DNA from: Ostrea edulis
Taxonomy: Eukaryota
Direction: 5' to 3'
Length of the DNA: 64,000 bases
NCBI RefSeq assembly: GCF_947568905.1
Contig: NC_079165.1
Coordinates: 25,792,001 to 25,856,000 of the forward strand
This document shows, piece after piece, positions 39,724-52,712 of the stretch. How positions within the stretch are numbered: the stretch's first letter is position 1; every line of letters starts with the position of its first letter. The notes under the pieces are model-generated. The model was given only the letters and a program-made list of their open reading frames with translations. It was not told the origin of the DNA and searched no databases. Both the position numbers and the translations under genes were made by a program.

Positions 39724-39883
39724 CTTGCACTAGATATCTTTCTTTGAATGTGCGTTCGCCAAATGAAACGAGGTTGTAATGATCTACGTACTGATCTATG
39801 TACAGCTCCTTAAAGGGAACGGAGTGACCACAAATAAATAAAAAATTCAAACTCAGAGACAGAAAAATTACACCACCTTTCAT
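39724..39883 (-). CDS. DPP7: DPP7-like peptidase S28, coding exon 1 (signal peptide)
   Basis: MKGGVIFLSLSLNFLFICGHS-VPFKELYIDQYVDHYNLVSFGERTFKERYLVQ followed by a gtttgt donor. FGxxTF and GPIFFYTGNEG favour DPP7 over PRCP. Confidence 0.88.
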
Positions 39884-39891
39884 TTTTCCCG

Positions 39892-39899
39892 GTCACGTG
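39892..39899. promoter_or_regulatory. CLEAR/M-box-like E-box (GTCACGTG) just upstream of the DPP7 ATG
   Basis: ggtcacgtgc at 39891-39900, 9-16 nt from the start codon of a lysosomal protease. Confidence 0.4.
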
Positions 39900-40446
39900 C
39901 TATAGAATACTGTGAAGGACGATCCCGATGCCATATATATCTAAAGCTGTCACATGTTTTATCAATCGCATCACGCTCATTTGGGGTTATGAAAATAGCC
40001 GACTAGTTACGATTGATATTTTATGTCACATGGAAGATGAAGTTTAAGCTGGAATGCTACACCAGAGAAATTGAAAACTTTCAAATACTTTATTTAGGCC
40101 TAGTCAAAAAATGTAGTTTTAGTAAAAAGCAATATCTGAATTTTTTTTTAAAAACTCTCTGTTGTACTTGAACCCGCGATCCACAGTTCAACAGTTGACG
40201 TGCTAATTAACCTACTGAGCTACTCAATACTTAGCTATGTAATAATATTTTAAATGAATAGACAAAATTTGCTGATATTTATATTTTCATCCATGTAAAA
40301 GGAAGTCAGCCATTATGACGATGTAGAGTACGTCCTTAATATTCAGAAATGACTTTCTAACATGTACATGAATTTATGAAGGATAGTAAATATTTATCAA
40401 ATTTATTTCCGAGAGAAATACATTTTGGGTGAAGAAAATATCGTGT

Positions 40447-40554
40447 GTAACAGGAAGGGATTTTTCCCCAGACGCAACAGAACCGGCAGACCAGGATTCG
40501 AACCCGGGCCCCTGAATTTCTAGTTAGAAACTCTACCAACTGAGTTATCTGGCC
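40447..40554 (-). mobile_element. tRNA-derived SINE
   Basis: GGCCAGATAACTCAGTTGGTAGAG (A box) ... GGTTCGAATCC (B box); broken anticodon and acceptor stems; unrelated 3' tail ending cctgttaca. Confidence 0.7.
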
Positions 40555-40847
40555 CATGATGATCAAACCTGTCTGACTGCCACACGTGTAAGTAAGAAGG
40601 AGTACATGTACTTTGATTAATGTATCCTATAATAAGTTTAGGCCTATACTTAATCAGTTTATCAGACGACAAACTTCAAACATGTCAAGTGGCCGATATC
40701 TATACATGTGCGCTAGATAACATCCCCATTTAATGAAAGAATCTGCACACATCTGCGCATCGTACACATACATGAATAAAAGATCACGAAAACCTCAGAA
40801 AATGCGAAAATTCAGCGACAAGTTGGTTGAACTGGATATTCCAATTG

Positions 40848-41650
40848 CTTATCACTACCGCACATACAAATTGCTTACCACTACCGCACATACAAATTGC
40901 TTACCACTACCGCACATACAAATTGCTTATACCACTACCGCATATATACAAATTGCTTATACCACTACCGCATATATACAAATTGCTTACCACTACCGCA
41001 CATACAAATTGCTTATACCACTACCGCATATACAAATTGCTTACCACTACCGCACATACAAATTGCTTACCACTACAGCACATACAAATTGCTTATACCA
41101 CTACCGCACATACAAATTGCTTACCACTACCGCACATACAAATGGCTTATACCACTACCGCATATACAAATTGCTTATACCACTACCGCACATACAAATT
41201 GCTTACCACTACAGCACATACAAATTGCTTATACCACTACCGCACATACAAATTGCTTACCACTACCGCACATACAAATGGCTTATACCACTACCGCATA
41301 TACAAATTGCTTATACCACTACCGCACATACAAATTGCTTACCACTACCGCACATACAAATTGCTTATACCACTACCGCATATACAAATTGCTTATACCA
41401 CTACCGCACATACAAATTGCTTACCACTACCGCACATACAAATTGCTTATCACTACCGCACATACAAATTGCTTATACCACTACCGCATATACAAATTGC
41501 TTACCACTACCGCACATACAAATTGCTTACCACTACCGCACATACAAATTCCTTACCACTACCGCACATACTAATTGCTTACCACTACCGCACATACAAA
41601 TTGCTTACCACTACCGCACATACAAATTGCTTACCACTACCGCACATACT
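40848..41650. repeat. 26/28-bp minisatellite (ccactaccgcacatacaaattgctta[ta])n, ~30 copies
   Basis: Direct tandem unit between the divergent DPP7 and AGPAT genes. Confidence 0.95.
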
Positions 41651-42224
41651 TGAAGTTAATCTAAATTTATAAAATAGTTTATAATGATTTTGTACATTTT
41701 ATATAGACAGTGCTTATAATAAACTTTCAGTACCCTTGACCACTAATACACATGTATATATGTTAATGATTAGTATACCTCACAAGTGGTCATCTCGAAA
41801 GCTTGCAGAAACTGATTAAAACGACTTATAAAGGTGATCGGCGGGGAAATCACATATATTTGGATATAAACGATTGGTGCATGGTAGATATATTTATTTT
41901 TTCATTGGGTAGAGGGGGAAGGGGTATATATACAATCTACGCACACTATCCTCACTTCAGGTGCCTGTGGTAGTCCCTAATTTACGCTAAAATATGGGCG
42001 CTTTTATCCGGAAGCTTCAGACCAGTAATAAGTCTATATAGTTTTCGAGTTCCTGAAGCAGTTTTGGTTTTAAAGGTTTACTAATTGCGTATGTGCCGAT
42101 TTGTATTTTATATATGTATGTATCTTATATGTTCTCTAGCCTGATGTAAATTAGTTTATGAGAATAAAGAGATTGTCATTGTCATAAAAAGGGGATTCAG
42201 ATGTGTTCGAGTGAAATGTCGTGC

Positions 42225-42690
42225 TCCCTCCAAAGGGGAGATAAACAAGAAAAGGCAAAAATAGGATGGGATCATTTTAAAATCTTCTCAAGAACCACTA
42301 AGTCAGAAAAGTTTGAACAAACATGAAAGCTTCCTGACAGTATAGATTCCAGTTTATTGAAATCATGGTCCCAGGGGTTAGGATTGGACCACATTAGAGG
42401 ATAAAAGTTTTGCATGGGGATATACAGGAGAAATCTCCTCTAGAACAACTATGCCATGGCTACTTATATTAAAATGTAAGCTTCCCCAGCTGGTACACTG
42501 TGTTGCAGATTCAAGTTTGTCCAAATTGTGGCATGGTTTGCGGGGGTTGGGTGGGGACACAATTGGGAATCAAAGTTTTACATGGGAATATGTAAGAAAA
42601 AAATTCTCCTCTACAACATCAGGGCTTTGAATATTCATATTTTAAAATATGTAAGCATTTTCAGGAAGTGCAGATTAAAGTTTGTTCAAA
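42225..42690 (+). mobile_element. Truncated Helentron/Cg170-like core array
   Basis: About 2.5 cores homologous to 62560-62930 (aatcttctcaagaaccact, aagcttcctgaca, gattcaag). Confidence 0.65.
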
Positions 42691-43321
42691 ACCCGACAAA
42701 AAAGGAGGTACCCTCTCCCTAAAATCCACCACTGATGTACCCAATTTCTGTATACGGCATAGATACACATGTAAATCTGATGTCTTATAACGAGGAAAAC
42801 AGACCCCTTTCTAGCTTCCAATACCAGTAACTGATACACAATGTATCATCCGACAGAGAGTAAATTCTATGACCTATTTTCAACTTAACATTTCATCATA
42901 AGATTTGATTGACCTGACCAAAACGATAAGGTAGGTCAAACACCTATTTAAAGGCATGACGAAGGTAAATGCTACTCCGGAGGTATACACATAATGTTAC
43001 ACACGCAGTAGGGAGTTACATAACATTAAAGAAGTAATGTACATTATGTATGTTCTTATAAACACACATACACAGCTGATGTATACAATGTACATCAACC
43101 CTGCGGGCAATATACACGCTGAGAACCAGAGACTTCCGTATTCTTAACCCTTCACGACTCGAGGGACTGATATCGCGTACGTTGTACCCATGATTTAATC
43201 TTTGCTTGATGTGATTCACGTTTTCTGTGCCAACACTAGGTGTAAATCAAAAAAGCAAACAATCTCCACGTGGATGCGATCGGGCTGTTTTATTATGTGT
43301 GTATGACAAACAAACAGGGCG

Positions 43322-43929
43322 ATGGAGAGCGAGGGGATATTTGGGATCTCTTATTCGGTGCTCATCACTTCATTGAGCGTGGGGATATTGACATGGATAT
43401 TCTTCGATAAAATTCAATTTTTTGCAAAACACTTCATCGCCAATTTGAGTTGGCAGGTGTTTTCATTAATTCCTATAATTTCTTCGTTATTCTATGGAAG
43501 AATTCCTACCAACAGAAGGTATATTGTATATAGCTACTACAAATATTTTCTAAATATTTTGTTATATATTATTATATCGTATACTTTTTTTCGTGTGTGT
43601 GTTGACAAATGATTCCAAAGTCCATTCGTTTCTCTGATCATTGCATGATAACTCGTATAAACAGCTTTATACATGTATATCAGGTTTATTTACACGAGTT
43701 CATTTAAAGATAAAATGTTAAACAATGGTAGGCTATTAGAAGCTTTGTACGAGAAGAATTACGAATAGGAAGACTGTGATTCACAAGATGGTGGGATATA
43801 ATTTGTGACAGAGGGGCATCCTTCCGTTACATGTTAAATAATGTTATATATGAAGAAGAGGTATCGTGTAAATTGTTTTCAGAGTGGTGGTGTAAATAGT
43901 GACCCCCCCCCCCCACAGAGAGAGAGAGA

Positions 43930-43988
<59 letters not shown>

Positions 43989-45628
43989 CTGAATGGGTAA
44001 ATTTACGAAATATTATAATCATGATCTATTTAATTTAAAATTAAAATTAGATCTCTAGATCCGCGTAGTTCGCAACACGAACAAGAAGAGCTAATTGCTA
44101 ATGATATTACGATTCTTATTATCTCCTAGGTTCTTTAGCATAGGAGTAAAACTCGCCAACAAATATCTCATCGGAACTAAGTACATAGTGAGGGGCCAGC
44201 AAATCCTGGAGGACGACTTCGCATGTGTCATCGTATCCAATCATCAAAGTTCCCTGGATGGTAATTGTAAGTACCAACAGTAGTACATCAAGGTACTATA
44301 CGATATACCATAATCAATATGCTTTTTTAAAATTTGGAATACGTAATGTTCATGAATAGTACAAATTTTTATTATATATTTTATCCCATATCATTCCACA
44401 TTTTTATAAAATTCGTTGGGGGGGGGGGGGGGGCAGTAAAAATATAAGTTGGTATATTCCATTTTTGCTCCAGAGAGCTACTGCTCTGCATCTCTATGTT
44501 GATCAATGCTATATCTAAGGTACTTTAATTTCATTTTTGTGCTGTAATTTATTTTAGTTATGGTCCACCTTGGGAATTATAAAGGTTCCACGGTTATCCT
44601 GAAGAAATCCCTGCTGTACGCCTCGGGACTACTCGGACTTGCCTTTTATTGTAGTGGGTCTATATTTGTCGATAGGAAAAATCCCGAGAGAGCGAAAGAA
44701 TCACTCAATAATGCTCTAGATAAAGTCATTAAGGAAAAGGTACAGAGGCATTAGGAATGCACGTGCGATTAATGTGAAGCACATAACACATAGTCAACTT
44801 CTTCAACTTTTATCTCTTTAATTACTGTTGACTTCTCAGCTACTAGTGTCCAAAAGAAGTTAGATACCCGATGAATATTCAAAGGGTCTTCATTGATTAT
44901 CAGTATTTAGAACTTGGAATAGATTAAAACAATATTCACAACATAATGAAATCAATATTATCTCTTGCAGTTAAAACCACAGTTCTATCCAGAAGGCACT
45001 CGTCACATGGGGGAGGAAATGTTACCATTCAAGAAGGGTGCCTTTGTGATGGCGATTAACGGGCAGGTAGGTAACATTCAAGAAGGGTGCCTTTGTGATG
45101 GCGATTAACGGACAGGTAGCTTTATGTTTTTGCTTTAGAAATGATACCCGGCGGTTATCAATGTGCGTATTGTTACACCACAGGCACTTATATCGCTAGG
45201 AGGCCTAATTACAATATAAAAGTACTGTTATATAATAATAAAGCCTCCTATCGATATAAGTGCCCGTTTGTTACATGAAGCTTATATAACATCCCGACTT
45301 CTTAACCTCCCTTGCAGATTCCAATCCTCCCCGTTGTTGCGTCCAGTTACCGTCATTTTTACGACAAGAAAAAGAAAATTTTCAAAAAAGGTAAAATATC
45401 TATAATTATTGGATACATTCACAATGTTAACATCACTTTTGCCACAAATTATTCCTTTTGATCTTTGGGATGACGTTTTCATTAACAGGCTCTGTGATTG
45501 TGACGTGTCTTCCGCCCATTCCAACAAAAGGACTGACTTTAAATGATGTCAATGATCTAATACACAAAGTGCGGAGCGTGATGCAGGATACCATAAACAG
45601 AACTACTGAGGAAGTAGAGAGCTTATAA
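43322..45628 (+). CDS. AGPAT1/2: 1-acyl-sn-glycerol-3-phosphate acyltransferase (AGPAT1/2-like), six coding exons
   Basis: Exons 43322-43518, 44130-44260, 44558-44739, 44971-45066, 45318-45390, 45489-45628, all GT-AG with compatible phases; motifs NHQSSLD, FVDR, FYPEGTR, PFKKGAF, IPILPVV. Confidence 0.93.
43917..43984. repeat. (AG)n microsatellite in AGPAT intron 1
   Basis: Direct reading; other microsatellites are (CA)n at 56949-57000 and (AG)n at 58215-58264. Confidence 0.95.
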
Positions 45629-45850
45629 TAAATAGAACTATTGAGGAAGTAGAGAGTTTATAATAAATAGAACTACTGAGGAACTAGAGAGCTTATAATA
45701 AATAGAACTACTGAGGAAGTGGAAAGCTTGCAATAAATAAAACTACTGAAGAAGGTGAAAGCTTACAATAAATAGAACTACTGAGGAAGTAGAAAGCTTA
45801 TAATAAATAGAACTACTGAGGAAGTAGAAAGCTTATAATAAACAGAACAG
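45593..45850. repeat. 35-bp tandem repeat derived from the last AGPAT codons, 7 copies plus a partial
   Basis: Unit ataaaYagaactactgaggaagtagaRagcttata; the stop TAA spans the boundary of units 1 and 2. Confidence 0.92.
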
Positions 45851-46480
45851 AGAGCTTACATAATTTATTACACGTGGCATGAGTTCGTACACGTTCATGA
45901 TTCAAGATTGTATATTTTTTCCACAATACAATTATGGACGGAAAACGTTTGCTGAGTCATGGGTTATATTTTCTTTTCAAACACGGATTAATGAGAAAAA
46001 TTATCAGATTCATTTTCTACGCGAGTATAAACTAGATTGTGCTGTCTTAAATGATGTTTGTATGTACGTATATTTATTACATTGAAATGTTCTGTATTTC
46101 TATATCTAAATACATGTACATCATTTACTGTGTCTGTGTGAATTCAATTGTTAGGACATGTACTAGGCCGTTTATACATCAGACTACAGTTACCACGTAT
46201 ACTTATAGGTACAATCTTGTAAAACCCTGCACATTACGATTTAGTTATGGTGTTAATCAAAATACATAATGTAGTATACTTGTATAGGGTTATTATAATA
46301 CGTCTATTTCCATTTTCAATGTTTCTTTACCAAGTGATATGACCACCCATGAAGGTGAACAATGTGCGTAAGAATTTTGATAAATAAATTACTACTATTC
46401 TAACGGCTGGGAATTTTCAAATAGAAATAAAAGTAAAATGAAAATGTGAAAATAAATTTTATTTTTGAAAACACGTGCAT

Positions 46481-47125
46481 CATGAGGGTATGAACAAAAA
46501 CGCTTCACATAACCACTAACGCTTCACGTAACCACTAACGCTTCACGTAACCGCTAACGCTTCACGTAACCACTAACGTTTCACGTAACCACTAACGCTT
46601 CACGTAACCACTAACGCTTCACGTAACCACTAACGCTTCACATAACCACTAACGCTTCACGTAACCGCTAACTCTTCACGTAACCACTAACGCTTCATAT
46701 AACCGCTAACGCTTCACGTAACCACTAACGCTTCACGTAACCACTAACGCTTCATGTAACCGCTAACGCTTCACGTAACCACTAACGCTTCACGTAACCA
46801 CTAACGCTTCACGTAACCACTAACGCTTCACATAACCACTAACGCTTCACGTAACCGCTAACTCTTCACGTAACCACTAACGCTTCATATAACCGCTAAC
46901 GCTTCACGTAACCACTAACGTTTCACGTAACCACTAACGCTTCATGTAACCGCTAACGCTTCACGTAACCACTAACGCTTCACGTAACCACTAACGCTTC
47001 ACGTAACCACTAACGTTTCACGTAACCACTAACGCTTCATGTAACCGCTAACGCTTCACGTAACCACTAACGCTTCACGTAACCGCTAACTCTTCACGGA
47101 GTACTTCGCAGTTCATGCCCTCGTG
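46481..47125. repeat. 19-bp minisatellite (~31 copies) enclosed by a 15-bp inverted repeat
   Basis: (cgcttcacgtaaccactaa)n at 46499-47098; catgagggtatgaac and gttcatgccctcgtg match 13/15. Confidence 0.85.
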
Positions 47126-47827
47126 TATTTTTCATAAACGAAATTTATTTCTTCAATAACATTTCATAAAACTTGCTGGATTATGCGTAGTATACAAAAT
47201 TACCCAGAATATTGTAGAAAAAATTTCAATGCATTAAGGTATACATGTAGGCCTACACGTAAAACAAATTGTTGTCAGATGACAGCTGTAACGAAAATAA
47301 ACTGTAACTCAATCAGCTTTGATAGAGAAATCAATTACAGCGAAGTACAAATGTAAGTAACCTACAGGTGCGTGAATTATATTGAAGAAATCTGAACGAA
47401 GCCAACAATTTACGTTCATACGAAATTTTAAATTCTATATAGAAATATGTGAGCTAGAGTAGAGGCCACCTAAGGAATTCAAAATGATACATAATACGGA
47501 TGGATATTTTATTTTTTCAAGATGAATTGAATATATATATATCATATAGAACACTGATGACTTAGTGCAAAAAGATGAAATATTGACAATGATAATAGTA
47601 ATTAGCTGGAAGAAGTTACAAAATCTTCTCCATGTATTTTTTGGACCTATCATATCTACTTCTAATGTGAGCAAATGTTCTTTAAAACTTCACAGGTAGC
47701 ATTTGTCGTGAGCTTATACTAAATAAATGTACATTGTATAGAGAAAATAAAAATTCATGTCGGAAATTTAGATTTTTGTCTATTATCAACACGTGCTATT
47801 TCCCCTGATTTATGCGTGTTTATTTAA

Positions 47828-48172
47828 AGGGCATTATAGCTGTGAAACTGATGGCAACCAATTTTTTTCTCAAAATCTCGCAAAGGCATAGGAATATATA
47901 TTAATGACTTATAAAACATTTATTTTGTACAAAAAGAAGAGAAACCTAATAAACCCACGTTAGATAACCGCTTTTAGTGTCACGAAATATATAAGGAAGA
48001 ATTATTGTTGTAAGACAATAATTAATTAATTATTCAATTACCAAAATGCCTGCTTTGAAGTGTAAAAGTGTTTGAAATAATTTTAAATACTGGTGATATT
48101 ACTGAAACATATAATATGGAGCAATTTTCATTGAATTCAATTTTTGGTGACAAAATTACAGATAATCCCCCT
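47828..48172. mobile_element. Kolobok-type MITE copy 1
   Basis: TTAA-agggcattatagctg ... agataatccccct-tcaa; homologous to 49657-50007. Confidence 0.65.
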
Positions 48173-48824
48173 TCAAGAAATAAATTTAATTTTTGAAAAC
48201 TGCAAAGCTTCAAACCGAGGTACCGGGGTATATTGTCAACGCTCTATGAAAAGTATGCCTGTGTGAAGCATTGCATGTGCATGTTGCAGCTCATACCCTA
48301 ATGAATTTGATTTTTTATATTACATTCTATTTTAATTTCTATAGACCCCCCCCACCCCCCAAACATAGACGTACATTTACTATACCTTTGAAGACAATCT
48401 CTACCCAGAGTTATCGTTTCTTGCACTCACAAAAATGTCCACTTTTTTTATGGCTAATAAAACTAAGAACTACTTTGTAAAATATTGAGAAAATGTAGGA
48501 CAAGAAACTATTTGTAGATTTTTTTTCCATTACTATACATTCTTCATGTACCTATGTATAGGCTTGGTGCAATAGAACAACCTAATATCCACGTTTCAAC
48601 CCAAATCAATGCTTCTTGTGTCACAAAAAGACTTGACATCTGGTCAGTATTTATTTATTTATTTACGTATATTTTTGTAACTGAAGTCAAAACCATACTT
48701 TGTTAGAGCATACGTGCCATTTTACAAAAATCTTACCCTTGAGACGTTGACATAGGTGTAAGTGAGAGCAAGGAACGACAACTCTGGGTAGAGATTGCTT
48801 TGAAGATTCACACGCGCAATGTTT

Positions 48825-48993
48825 GCGGCGCATCCATGAGGAAATGGCTATCATCACTGCGGCTCACCCATGAGGAGATGGCTATCATCACTACGGCGCA
48901 CCCGTGAGGAAATGGCCATCATCACTGCGGCGCACCCATGAGGAAATGGCTATCATCACTGTGGCGCACCCATGAGGAAATGGCTATCATCAC
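48825..48993. repeat. 34-bp minisatellite, ~5 copies
   Basis: Unit gcggcgcacccatgaggaaatggctatcatcact. Confidence 0.9.
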
Positions 48994-49073
48994 AAATTGT
49001 AAAGACACCAAAAGCAAAAAATATTGGAGATGTAAATATTAACCCACTCCCCCAATAAATAAATAAAAAGAAA

Positions 49074-49125
49074 TTATGCGGCTCTATGCTCCCCACGGAG
49101 CGAACAGGAACAAGTCAAGTAAGTC
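49074..49125 (+). mobile_element. Extreme 3' stub of an RTE-type LINE
   Basis: gcggctctatgctccccacggagcgaacaggaa followed by a caagtcaagtaagtc tail, similar in type to the tail at 3199-3214. Confidence 0.5.
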
Positions 49126-49656
49126 AAATGTTACAAAATATTCAATATGATATAATTTGAATCATATAAATCCCATTGCTTAGAATCCACCTGAACATTT
49201 GTAAGCAATTGATACTTTTTTAGTTCTTGTAACGGAAAATGTCTGTTCCAGCTGTTTAGATACTGCAGATGAAATAAAGCTTTCAGCCTTTTTTGTGATC
49301 TTCAATAAATTCATCCGCCACAAAATATAGGCCTTAACAAAACTTTCGGTATGAGGTAAACATCAAATATTACACTCGTGTGGTGTCTATGATTTTTACA
49401 TCTGGTTGTTACATTATAACAGGCATCCGTATCATCATTACCCTGTGCAGAAGCTTTATCTACGCCATAATGGTTTTAGAACTTACTGCTTCATTTCCTG
49501 AAATGTAAGACAGGTCTCTGCCAAATGTATACATGCACCGATTCCATATGAAATTATAGCACTAATAACCGCCACTGTGCACATCCCAAAATCTTTGATA
49601 TTACACGAGGTGTTTCATTTTAAATCTTTCATATCATACCCGGTATTTCATTTTAA

Positions 49657-50007
49657 AGGGACAATAAGCTGTGAAAATGATGACAACAATTTTTTCTCAA
49701 AATCTCTCAATGGCATAGGAATATATATCAATGACTAATAAAAAAAAATTATTTTGTAATTTTGTACAAAAATAAGAGAAACCTAATAAAACTAAGTTAA
49801 ATCCCCGCTATTAAGTAAAGGGATATATAAGGAAGAATTAATGTTTTGGAAGACATTAATCACCAAAATTACACATACATGTACCTGCTTTTGAGGGTAA
49901 AACGTGTTTGAAATAATTAAATACCGGTGTTATTACTGAAATATATGATATAGAGCAATGTTCATTGAATTGAATTTTTGTTGACAAAAATGACATCTAA
50001 TGCCCTT
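49657..50007. mobile_element. Kolobok-type MITE copy 2
   Basis: TTAA-agggacaataagctg ... catctaatgccctt-TTAA. Confidence 0.65.
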
Positions 50008-50910
50008 TTAAATCAAGAGGAGATTTTGTCAACTATTCTAGCAATATGTGTATCATTAAACAGCAGAGGAGATGTCAACTATTCTAGCAATACGTGTATC
50101 ATTAAACAGCAAAAATATAATTATCCAATTCTCAAGCATGGTGTGAATTGTAATTAATCTTTATAATTATATCTGATGTTTACTTGATAATTTTCAATGA
50201 AAGGTAATTTAGGATTTTTAACAAACATATAATGTTTATAAAAATCTGATGTTTCGATTATGAATTTACATCTATAACATTGAAAATTTAGAGAAGGATT
50301 TTCATGTTTAAGAAACGTAGAATTGCGAAGTACAAATAAATCAATACAATGAAACTACAAATAAATCAGTACAATGAAACTCTAAAAACAGAACATTTCA
50401 GCGAAATAAACTTAACCCGTAACAGTCACCTCAGAAACGCAACCTAATTTTAAAAAAAAATGACTCCTGGTAAGTTTTCGAAAATTTTCAATGTTAGGAA
50501 AGGTACAATTAAAAGTTGGGTTGTGAAACTACAACTAATTAGCCCTAACTGATGGTAAAGGTATGTGCTTCTATAATTATACCAAGGGATTTTCATGAAC
50601 ATGTTGAGAATTTGTGATATCGATCGAATTACTTTAACTATGAACTGATACAATAGGCATACATTTTCTTGCCAAACTGAAAATTTTCACGCCAATCACT
50701 ATATTAGTTATGAGTTGTATTCATGTATGGATGAAATAAGCCCAGTTAAGTGAGAGTGTGTACCGTGTATTTTTAAAAATAGCAAGTAAGTATAGATATA
50801 GGCTATGAATGCATTGTAAAAAAAAATTATTCAATTAAGAGTTAGGAAAGGAAGTAAACATTATGTTAACTTTGACCACATTTGACTTCATTTCAGGCCC
50901 GTATTGCTGA

Positions 50911-52296
50911 ATGGCACACAATTCACGGATTGATAAACCTATTTGCCCCATATGCTGTGATGATTTTAAAAATCCTAAATTTCTACCATGTCGCCATACT
51001 TACTGCAAATCCTGCATTGTCAATTTGTTCAACACTGCAACAATGCATGGCGAAATAGCCTGTCCTCTCTGCCGTAAAGTTTTCTACTTAGATGAAGAGG
51101 CCATCGATAAATTACTAGACAATTACTTTGTCCCACTAAAAGACAAATCGATACCGACACTATTCAGCTGTAGTGTTTGTCTAACAGAAGCTCGCCTAAA
51201 AGCATGTCAGCATTGCTCGGAACACCTATGCTTGGACTGTAGTGCATCTCATCGACTTGCGATGAAACTAAGCGGGGTAGACTGTAGCAATGACACTTCA
51301 GATGGAGACGATATCATCGAAGCAGACCACTCAGACGACTTTCAATTTCAAACGCCGACCCCAGTGTTTCTGTCCAGTCATCCAATGAAAGTGCAACTCA
51401 ATGCATCACTCGTATCGTCTTTTAACGTGCAATCTATGTATAGTGCTTTCGATCACGGTGACAGTGGACTATTTCCGATTCGCTGTATACGTCGGAGTGG
51501 ATGCGACAGTTATTCGGTTCTCCTTAATCTTGGTCCGGAAGTGGTTGAATTCGATATGATGGGAAGGGAAATCAACAGATTTTCCCTCCAGGATGGTGTA
51601 AGTGATATTATATATGCACCTAACGGTGATTTATTGTACTCAAGTGTTGGAGACAGAATTATCTGGAGAAAGGATTGTCAAAGCGACACTCGCGTCTTTA
51701 CACATAGCTCGCATTATCAGCCCTTCTCTCTGTCATGCTTCCAAGATGGACGTATAGTCTCCGGTGGCCCGACTTATCATCAGTCAGATGGTAATGAACA
51801 TGGGGCAATTATCATCTATGACCAGCATGGAAAACTAATTAGAGAAATCGTACAGAGTGCTGATGGATTATTTGTGAAATTCCCCGTATCGATATCAGTC
51901 AGCACAAGTAACAAAATATGCGTGGCTGACAAAGACTCTCACTGCGTTTTCGTCTTTTCAGAAAATGGCGTCATCCTTTCATTGTACGACGGAAATTTTG
52001 GATTGGAACAATGGGATCGTTCTCAATTTTTGCCTTCTGCTTTATGCCACGATTCCGAAGGAAACATTATTGTGGCAAACATATTGGACGGTATGCTACA
52101 TGTGTTGTCCTCAAACGGAGATTTCCAGGGCTATGTTTTAACGAAGAACTTAGAAGGCTCTAAACGGCCATGTGCACTCCACGTTGATGACGAAAACAGA
52201 ATCTGCGTCGGGAATATGGATGACAGTGGGATAAGGATTTACGAAATTTCGAGTTTCAATAACATGTTAGAAGAATTTCATACTAATTATATATAA
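50911..52296 (+). CDS. RING-HC / B-box-1-like / NHL beta-propeller protein A (TRIM-NHL-like, no coiled coil), 461 aa
   Basis: CPICC..LPCRHTYCKSC..CPLCR RING; CSVC-x8-CQHC-x4-CLDC-x3-H; acidic linker; NHL-type blades (PVSISV..ICVAD, PSALCHDSEGNIIVAN, PCALHVDDENRICVG). Confidence 0.92.
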   Translation: MAHNSRIDKPICPICCDDFKNPKFLPCRHTYCKSCIVNLFNTATMHGEIACPLCRKVFYLDEEAIDKLLDNYFVPLKDKSIPTLFSCSVCLTEARLKACQHCSEHLCLDCSASHRLAMKLSGVDCSNDTSDGDDIIEADHSDDFQFQTPTPVFLSSHPMKVQLNASLVSSFNVQSMYSAFDHGDSGLFPIRCIRRSGCDSYSVLLNLGPEVVEFDMMGREINRFSLQDGVSDIIYAPNGDLLYSSVGDRIIWRKDCQSDTRVFTHSSHYQPFSLSCFQDGRIVSGGPTYHQSDGNEHGAIIIYDQHGKLIREIVQSADGLFVKFPVSISVSTSNKICVADKDSHCVFVFSENGVILSLYDGNFGLEQWDRSQFLPSALCHDSEGNIIVANILDGMLHVLSSNGDFQGYVLTKNLEGSKRPCALHVDDENRICVGNMDDSGIRIYEISSFNNMLEEFHTNYI

Positions 52297-52712
52297 ACTA
52301 CTGTAGACTAATTAACTATTACCATACTAATTATATATAAACTACTGTAGACTAATTAACTATTACCATACTAATCATATATAAACTACTGTAGACTAAT
52401 TAACTATTACCATACTAATTATATATAAACTACTGTAGACTAATTAACTATTACCATACTAATCATATATAAACTACTGTAGACTAATTAACTATCGCCA
52501 TACTAATCATATATAAACTACTGTAGACTAATTAACTATCACCATACTAATTATATATAAACTACTGTAGACTAATTAACTATTACCATACTAATTATAT
52601 ATAAACTACTGTAGACTAATTAACTATTACCATACTAATCATATATAAACTACTGTAGACTAATTAACTATCACCATACTAATTATATATAAACTACTGT
52701 AGACTAATTATC
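52279..52712. repeat. 44-bp minisatellite (~10 copies) flanked by a 17-bp direct duplication
   Basis: Unit tactaatYatatataaactactgtagactaattaactatYacca; acatgttagaagaattt at 52262-52278 and 52713-52729. Confidence 0.92.

Noticed and set aside
40487-40554. Functional tRNA gene
   Set aside because: Anticodon and acceptor stems are mismatched and a SINE-like tail follows; treated as a SINE head.
40733-41672. Three overlapping 225-306-aa ORFs
   Set aside because: All frames of a stop-poor 26/28-bp minisatellite.
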